A program made the position numbers and the translations under genes. Shown piece after piece: positions 56,101 through 64,000 of a stretch of 64,000 nt of DNA; position 1 is the first letter of the stretch; every line of letters starts with the position of its first letter. Under the pieces are notes generated by a model. That model ran no database searches. It was not told where the DNA came from and worked only from the letters and a program-made list of their open reading frames with translations. This DNA comes from the human T2T-CHM13v2.0 reference genome, Homo sapiens. Location: assembly GCF_009914755.1 (NCBI RefSeq), contig NC_060933.1. One strand, 5' to 3'.

Positions 56101-59100
56101 ATTGAATAGAATCAATCCGAATGTAATGGAATGGAATGGAACGGAATGGAATGGAATGGAATGGAATGGAATGGAATGGAATGGAATGCAATGGAATGGA
56201 ATCAACCCGAGTGCAATCGAATGGAATCGAATGGAATGGAATACAATGGAATGGATTCAACTTGAATGGAATGGAAAGAATGGAATCAACACGAGTGGAA
56301 GGGCATGGATTGGAATGCAATGGAATGGAATCAACCCGAGTACAGGGGAATGGAATGGAATGGAATGTAATGGAATGGAATCATCCGTAATGGAATGGAA
56401 AGAAATGGAATGGAATGGAATGGAATGGAATGGAATCAACTCGATTGCAATCGAATGGAATGGAATGGAATGGAATGGAATGGAATTAACCCGAATAGAA
56501 TGGAAAGGAATGGAATGGAACGGAACGGAACGGAACGGAACGGAATGGAATGGAATGGAATGGAATGGAATGGAATCAACCCGACTGCAGGGGAATGGAA
56601 TGGAATGGAATGCAATGGAATGGATTCAACTTGAATGGAATGGAAAGAATGGAATCAACACGAGTGGAATGGCATGGATTGGAATGGAATTGAATGGAAT
56701 CAACCCGAGTACAGGGGAATGGAATGGAATGGAATGCAATGGAATGGAATCATCCGTAATGGAATGGAAAGGAATGGAAAGGAATGGAATGGAATGGAAT
56801 GGAATGGAATCAACATGATTGCAATCGAATGGAATGGAATGGAATTAACCCGAATAGAATGGAATGGAATGGAATGGAACGGAACGGAATGGAATGGAAT
56901 GGAATGGAATGGAATGGAACGGAACCGAACGGAATGGAATGGAATGGAATGGAATGGAATGGAATCAACGCGAGTGCAGGGGAATGGCATGCAACGGAAT
57001 GCAATGGAATGGAATCTTCCGGAATGGAATGGAATGGAATGGAATGGAATGAAATGCAATGGATTCAACTCGATTGCAATGGAATGGAATAGAATGGAAT
57101 GGAATGGAATGGAATGGGATTAACCCGAATAGAATGGAATGGAATGGAATGGAACGGAATGGAACGGAACGGAATGGAATGGAATGGAATGGAATGGAAT
57201 GGAATGGTATGGAATGGAATGGAATGGTACGGAATAGAATGGAATGGAACGAATTGTAATGGAATGGAATTGAATGGAATGGAATGGAATGGAATTGAAT
57301 CAATGCGAGTGCAGGGGAATGTAATGGAACGGAATGCAATGGAATGGAATCATCCGGAATGGAATGGAATGGAATGGAATGGAATGGAATCAACCCGAGT
57401 GCAATGGAATGGAGTGGAATGGAATGGAATGGAATGGAACAACCCGAATGGAATGGAATGTAATGGAGAGTAAGGGAGTTGAATAGAATCAATCCGAATG
57501 TAATGGAAGGGAATGCAACGGAATGGAATGGAATGGAATGGAATGGAATGGAATGCAAAGGAATGGAATCAACCCGAGTGGAATGGCATGGAATGGAATG
57601 CAATGGATTGGAATGGAATGGAATCAACTCGAGTGGAAAGGAATGGAATAGAATGGAAAGGAATGGAATGAAGTCAACTCGAGTGGAATGGAATGGAATG
57701 GAATGGATTGGAATGGATTGCAATGGAATGAAATGGAATGGAATGGAATGGAATCAATCGTGGAAGGGAATGTAACGGAGTGGAAAGAAGGGAATGGAAT
57801 CAACCCGAGTGGAATGCAAGGCAATGGAATGGAATGGAAAGGAATGGCATGGAATCAACTCGAAAGCAATGGAATGGAATGGAATGGAATGGAATGGAAT
57901 TAACCGGAATAGAATGGAATGGAATGGAATGGAACGGAATAGAATGGAATGGAAGGGAATGGAATCAACACGAGTGCAGGGGAATGGAATGGAATGGAAT
58001 GCAATGGAATGGAATCATCCGGAATGGAATGGAATGGAATGGAATCAACTCCATTGCAATGGAATGGAATGGAATGGAATGGAATAGAATGGAATGGAAT
58101 TAACCCGAATAGAATGGAATGCAATAGAATGGAATGCAATGGAACCGAATGGAGTGGAATGGAATGGAATGGAATCAACCCGAGTACAGAGGAATGGAAT
58201 GGAATGGAATGCAATGGAATGGAGTCATCCGTAATGGAATGGAAAGGAATGGAATGGAATGGAATGGAATGGAATGGAATGGAATCAACTCGATGGCAAT
58301 CGAATGGAATGGAATGGAATTAACCCGAATAGAATGGAATGGAATGGAATGGAACGGAACGGAATGTAAAGGAATGGAATGGAATGGAATGGAACGGAAC
58401 GGAATGGAATGGAATGGAATGGAATGGAATGGAATGGAATCAACGGGAGTGCAGGGGAATGGAATGGAATGGAATGCAATGGAATGGAATCTTCCGTAAT
58501 GGAATGGAATGGAATGGAATGAAAGGCAATGGATTCAACTCGATTGCAATAGAATGGAATAGAATGGAATGGAATGCAATGGAATGGAATGGAATTGAAT
58601 GGAATGGAATGCCTTCAAACCGAATGGAATGGAAAGGAATGGAATCAACACGAGTGGAAAGGAATGGAATGGAAAGGAATGGAAAGGAATGGAATGGTAC
58701 GGAATAGAACGGAATGGAACGAACTGGAATGGAATGCAATGGAATGGAATGGAATGGAATGGAATGGAAACAACTCGATTGTAATGGAATGGAATGGAAT
58801 GGAATGGAATGGAATGGAATGGAATTAACCCGAATACAATGGAATGGAATGGAATGGAACGGAATGGAGTGGAATGGAATGGAATCAACCCGAGTGCAGG
58901 GGAATGGAATGGAATGGAATGCAATGGAATGGAATCATCCGGAATGGAATGGAATGGAATGGAATGCAAAGCAATGGAATCAACTCGATTGCAATGGAAT
59001 GGAATGGAATGGAAAGGAATATATTGGAATCAACCCGAGTGGAATGGAATGGAAAGGACTGGAATGGACAGGAATGGAATGGAATGGAATGGAATGGAAT

Positions 59101-62100
59101 GGAATTAACCCGAATAGAATGGAAAGGAATGGAATGGAACGGAACGGAACGGAACGGAATGGAATGGAATGGAATGGAATGGAATGGAATGGAATGGAAT
59201 CAACCCGACTGCAGGGGAATGGAATGGAATGGAATGCAATGGAATGGATTCAACTTGAATGGAATGGAAAGAATGGAATCAACACGAGAGGAATGGCATG
59301 GATTGGAATGGAATGGAATGGAATCAACCCGAGTACAGGGGAATGGAATGGAATGGAATGCAATGGAATGGAATCATCCGTAATGGAATGGAAAGGAATG
59401 GAATGGAATGGAATGGAATGGAATGGAATGGAATGGAATCAACTCGATTGCAATCGAATGGAATGGAATGGAATTAACCCGAATGGAAAGGAATGGAATG
59501 GAATGGAATGGAAAGGAACGGAACGGAACGGAATGGAATGCAATGGAATGGAATGGAATGGAATGGAACGGAAAGGAATGGAATGGAATAGAATGGAATG
59601 GAATGGAATGGAATGGAATGGAATCAACGCGAGTGCAGGGGAATGGAATGGAATGGAATGCAATGGAATGGGATCTTCCGGAATGGAATGGAATGGAATG
59701 GAATGGAATGGAATGGAATGGAATAAACCAGACTGCAATGGAATGGAGTGGAGTGGAATGGAATGGAATGGAACAACCCGAATGTAATGGAATGTAATGG
59801 AGAGTAAGGGAGTTGAATAGAATCAATCCGAATGTAATGGAATGGAATGGAACGGAATGGAATTGAATGGAATGGAATGGAATGCAATGGAATGGAATCA
59901 ACCCGAGTGCAATGGAATGGAGAGGAATGGAATGGAATGGAACGGAAAGTACCCGAATGGAATGGAATGTAATGGAGTGTAAGGGAATTGAATAGAATCA
60001 ATCCGAATGCAATGGAATGGAATGGAACGGAATGGAATGGAATGGAATGGAATGGAATGGAATGGAATGGAATGCAATGGAATGGAATCAACCCGAGTGC
60101 AATCGAATGGAATCGAATGGAATGGAATGCAATGGAATGGAATCAACTCGATTGCAATCGAATGGAATGGAATGGAATTAACCCGAATAGAATGGAATGG
60201 AATGGAATGGAACGGAACGGAACGGAACGGAACGGAACGGAACGGAATGGAATGGAATGGAATGGAATGGAATGGAATGGAATGGGACGGAAAGGAATGG
60301 AATGGAATGGAATGGAATGGAATGGAATGGAATGGAATCAACGCGAGTGCAGGGGAATGGAATGGAATGGAATGCAATGGAATGGAATGTTCCGGAATGG
60401 AATGGAATGGAATGGAATGGAAAGGAATGGAATGGAATGGAATAAACCCGAGTGTAATGGAATGGAGTGGAATGGAATGGAATGGAATGGAACAACCCGA
60501 ATGGAATGGAATATAATGGAGAGTAAGGGAGTTGAATAGAGTCAATCCGAATGTAATGGAATGGAATGGAACGGAATGGAATTGAATGGAATGGAATGGA
60601 ATGCAATGGAATGGAATCAACCCGAGTGCAATGGAATGGAGAGGAATGGAATGGAATGGAATGGAAACTACCCGAATGGAATGGAATGTAATGGAGTGTA
60701 AGGGAATTGAATAGAATCAATCCGAATGTAATGGAATGGAATGGAACGGAATGGAATGGAATGGAATGGAATGGAATGGAATGGAATGGACTGCAATGGA
60801 ATGGTATCAACCCGAGTGCAATCGAATGGAATCGAATGGAATGGAATGCAATGGAATGGATTCAAATTGAATGGAATGGAAAGAATGGAGTCAACACGAG
60901 TGGAAGGGCATGCATTGGAATGCAATGGAATGGAATCAACTCGAATACAGGGGAATGGAATGGAATGGAATGCAATGGAATGGAATCATCCGTAATGGAA
61001 TGGAAAGGAATGGAATGGAATGGAATGGAATGGAATGGAATGGAATGGAATGGATTGGAATGGAATGGAATCAACACGATTGCAATCGAATGGAATGGAA
61101 TGGAATTAACCCGAATAGAATGGAATGGAATGGAATGGAACGGAACGGAATGGAATGGAATGGAATGGAATGGAATGGAACGGAATGGAACGGAATGGAA
61201 TGGAATGGAATGGCATGGAATGGAATGGAATGGTATGGAATGGAATGGAATGGTATGGAATAGAATGGAATGGAACGAATTGTAATGGAATGGAATTGAA
61301 TGGAATGGAATGGAATGGAATGGAATGGAATGCAAAGGAATGGAATCAACCCGAGTGGAATGGCATGGAATGGAATGCAATGGATTGGAATGGAATGGAA
61401 TCAACTCGATTGAAAAGGAATATAATGGAATGGAAAGGAATGGAATGAAGTCAACTCGAGTGGAATGGAATGGAATGGAATGGATTGGAATGGATTGCAA
61501 TGGAATGAAATGGAATGGAATGGAATGGAATCAATCATGGAAGGGAATGTAATGGAGTGGAAAGAAGGGAATGGAATCAACCCGAGTGGAATGCAAGGCA
61601 ATGGAATGGAATGGAAAGGAATGGAATGGAATCAACTCGATTGCAATGGAATGGAATGGAACGGAATGGAATGGAATGGAAGGGAATGGAATCAACACGA
61701 GTGCAGGGGAATGGAATGGAATGGAATGCAATGGAATGGAATCAACTCCATTGCAATGGAATGGAATGGAATGGAATAGAATGGAATGGAATTAACCAGA
61801 ATAGATGGAATGCAATAGAATGGAATGCAACGGAACCGAATGGAGTGGAATGGAATGGAATGGAATCAACCCGAGTACAGGGGAATGGAATGGAATGGAA
61901 TGCAATGGAATGGAGTCATACGTAATGGAATGGAAAGGAATGGAATGGAATGGAATGGAATGGAATGGAATGGAATCAACTCGATGGCAATCGAATGGAA
62001 TGGAATGGAATTAACCCGAATAGAATGGAATGGAATGGAATGGAACGGAACGGAACGGAATGGAATGGAATGGAATGGAATGGAATGGAATGGAACGGAA

Positions 62101-64000
62101 CGGAATGGAATGGAATGGAATGGAATGGAATGGAATCAAAGCGAGTGCCGTGGAATGGAATGGAATGGAATGCAATGGAATGGAATCTTCCGGAATGGAA
62201 TGGAATGGAATGGAATGGAATGAAAGGCAATGGATTCAACTCGATTGCAATGAAATGGAATAGAATAGAAGGGAATGGAGTGGAATGGAATGGAATTGAA
62301 TGGAATGGAATGCCTTCAAACCGAATGGAATGGAATGGAATGGAATCCACACGAGTGGAAAGGAATGGAATGGAAAGGAATGGAATGGAATGGAATGGTA
62401 CGGAATAGAACGGAATGGAACGAACTGCAATGGAATGGAATGGAATGGAATGGAATGGAATGGAATGGAATCGTTCCGAGTGGAATAGGAGGGAATGTAT
62501 TCGAGTGGAATGGAAAGGAATGGAATCAACCAGAGTGGAATGGAAGGGAATGGAATGGAATGGAAACTAATAGAATGGAATCAACCCGAGTGGAATGGAA
62601 TGGAAAGGACTGGAATGGAATGGAATGGAATGGAATGGAATCAACTCGATTGTAATGGAATGGAATGGAATGGAATGGAATGGAATGGAATTAACCCGAA
62701 TACAATGGAATGGAATGGAATGGAACGGAATGGAGTGGAATGGAATGGAATCAACCCGAATAGAATGGAATGGAATGGAATGGAACGGAACGGAACGGAA
62801 CGGAATGGAATGGAATGGAATGGTATGGAATGGAATGGAATGGAATGGAATGGAATGGAATGGAATGGAATGGAATTAACCCGAATAGAATGGAATGGAA
62901 TGGAATGGAACGGAATGGAACGGAACGGAACGGAATGGAATGGAATGGAATGGAATGGTATGGAATGGAATGGAATGGTACGGAATAGAATGGAATGGAA
63001 AGAATTGGAATGGAATGGAATCGAATGGAATGGAATGGAATGGAATGGAATGGAATGGAATGGAATCAACCCGAGTGCAGGGGAATGTAATGGAACGGAA
63101 TGTAATGGAATGGAATCATCCGGAATGGAATGGAATGGAATGGAATGGAATGGAATGGAATGGAACAAACCCGATTGTGATGGAATGGAATGCAATGGAA
63201 TGGAATGGAATGGAATTAACCCGAATACAATGGAATGGAATGTAATGGAACGGAATGGAGTGGAATGGAATGGAATCAACCCGAGTGCAGGGGAATGCAA
63301 TGGAATGGAATGAAATGGAATGGAATCATCCGGAATGGAATGGAATGGAATGGAATGCAAAGCAATGGAATCAACTCGATTGCAATGGAATGGAATGGAA
63401 TGGAAAGGAATACATTGGAATCAACCCGAGTGGAATGGAATGGAAAGGACTGGAATGGAGTGGAATGGAATGGAATGGAAAGGAATGGAATCAACTCGAT
63501 TGGAATGGAATGGAATGGAATGGAATGGAATGGAATTAACCCGAATAGAATGGAATGGAATGGAACGGAACGGAACGGAACGGAACGGAATGGAATGGAA
63601 TGGAATGGAATGGAATGGAATCAACCCGACTGCAGGGGAATGGAATGGAATGGAATGCAATGGAATGGATTCAACTTGAATGGAATGGAAAGAATGGAAT
63701 CAACACGAGTGGAATGGCATGGATTGGAATGGAATGGAATGGAATCAACCCGAGTACAGGGGAATGGAATGGAATGGAATGCAATGGAATGGAATCATCC
63801 GTAATGGAATGGAAAGGAATGGAATGGAATGGAATGGAATGGAATGGAATGGAATCAACTCGATTGCAATCGAATGGAATGGAATGGATTTAACCCGAAT
63901 AGAATGGAATGGAATGGAATGCAACGGAATGGAACGGAACGGAATGGAATGGAATGGAATGGAATGGAATGGAATGGAACGGAAAGGAATGGAATGGAAT
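44460..64000 (+). repeat. Tandem duplication E, ~11.1-kb period (44460-~53215 recurs at 55580-64000 and runs off the window)
   Basis: ORF pairs at offset ~11100 (44964/56063, 46375/57479, 47745/58844), then 10854 (50456/61310), 10739 (51756/62495) and ~10800 (52477/63276). Shared markers are CAAAGCGAGTGCCGT, GAGTCATACG, AATAGATGGA and CCGATTGTGA. Confidence 0.92.
54170..55580 (+). repeat. Extra copy of a 1.4-kb block also present at ~37310-38720, ~45810-47215 and ~56920-58320
   Basis: ORF pairs at offset 8367 (45950/54317, 46375/54742, 46845/55212). Markers are GGAACCGAACGG, GGCATGCAACGG, TGAATCAATGCG and CAATCGTGGAAGGG. Confidence 0.9.

Larger units (their letters stand above)
1..64000 (+). 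repeat. Satellite III (HSat3) array: (GGAAT)n with interspersed CAACCCGAGT-family motifs, G-rich strand on +, single orientation
   Basis: GGAAT pentamers run from end to end, interrupted by CAACCCGAGT / CAACTCGATT / CAACGCGAGT / TTAACCCGAAT. This matches the classical Sat III definition, (ATTCC)n plus ACTCGGGTTG on the opposite strand. The HSat2-type CATTCGATTC periodicity is absent, and there is no CATTC run on the + strand. Confidence 0.98.

Noticed and set aside
1-64000. Hundreds of ORFs (poly-MEWNG on +, poly-FHSIP on -), up to 358 aa (e.g. 39118..40191, 40028..41104)
   Set aside because: GGAAT and ATTCC contain no stop codon in any frame, so long ORFs are automatic. They overlap in all six frames and have no domain content. 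A poly-WNGME peptide is known from SCA31 repeat translation, but nothing here indicates translation.
1-64000. CRISPR-like alternation of repeats and spacer motifs
   Set aside because: The spacers are themselves recurrent pentamer-derived variants rather than unique sequences. There are no cas genes or leader, and the context is eukaryotic satellite.
1-64000. HSat2, alpha satellite or telomeric repeat
   Set aside because: There is no CATTCGATTC 23/26-bp pattern, no 171-bp alphoid monomer or CENP-B box, and no TTAGGG run.
1-64000. Strand inversion or embedded transposon (Alu/L1) island
   Set aside because: No (CATTC)n tract on the + strand, no poly-A tail, and no non-satellite stretch longer than about 30 bp was seen.
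1-64000. EWS-FLI1 GGAA microsatellite enhancer
   Set aside because: That requires (GGAA)n tetramer repeats, and this array is a GGAAT pentamer.
1-64000. A single regular higher-order repeat (e.g. DYZ1-like ~3.6 kb or ~1.8 kb units)
   Set aside because: Observed offsets are heterogeneous (2.37, 3.03, 8.4-8.5, 9.46-9.5, 10.36 and 11.1 kb) and none persists across the window.

Overview
The whole 64-kb window is primate, most likely human, classical Satellite III (HSat3) heterochromatin. It is a (GGAAT)n pentamer array on the + strand, interrupted every ~50-100 bp by CAACCCGAGT-type motifs, the Sat III hallmark. I see no gene, RNA gene, transposon, CRISPR array or strand inversion. All listed ORFs (poly-MEWNG / poly-FHSIP) are translation artefacts of the pentamer. 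The real information is architectural. (1) A small vocabulary of 0.2-1 kb modules is shuffled into a mosaic. (2) Nested recent duplications are present: a 1.55-kb block repeated at +9456, a near-exact 3029-bp tandem, a ~2.37-kb tandem, a 9.5/8.5-kb tandem, an ~11.1-kb tandem, and a 1.4-kb block present four times. (3) A recurring variant, GGAAT-CTTCC-GGAAT, is a perfect canonical three-unit heat-shock element with a central CpG (~45 copies counted by eye). (4) A perfect 14-bp palindrome, TCGATTGCAATCGA, recurs more than 20 times. (5) The 5-bp register shifts I could trace are all deletions. Chromosomal assignment (e.g. 9q12) cannot be proven from the sequence alone. All counts and offsets were made by eye or from identical ORF pairs in the provided track. 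I found no evidence of a new coding system; the most interesting candidates are regulatory or structural.
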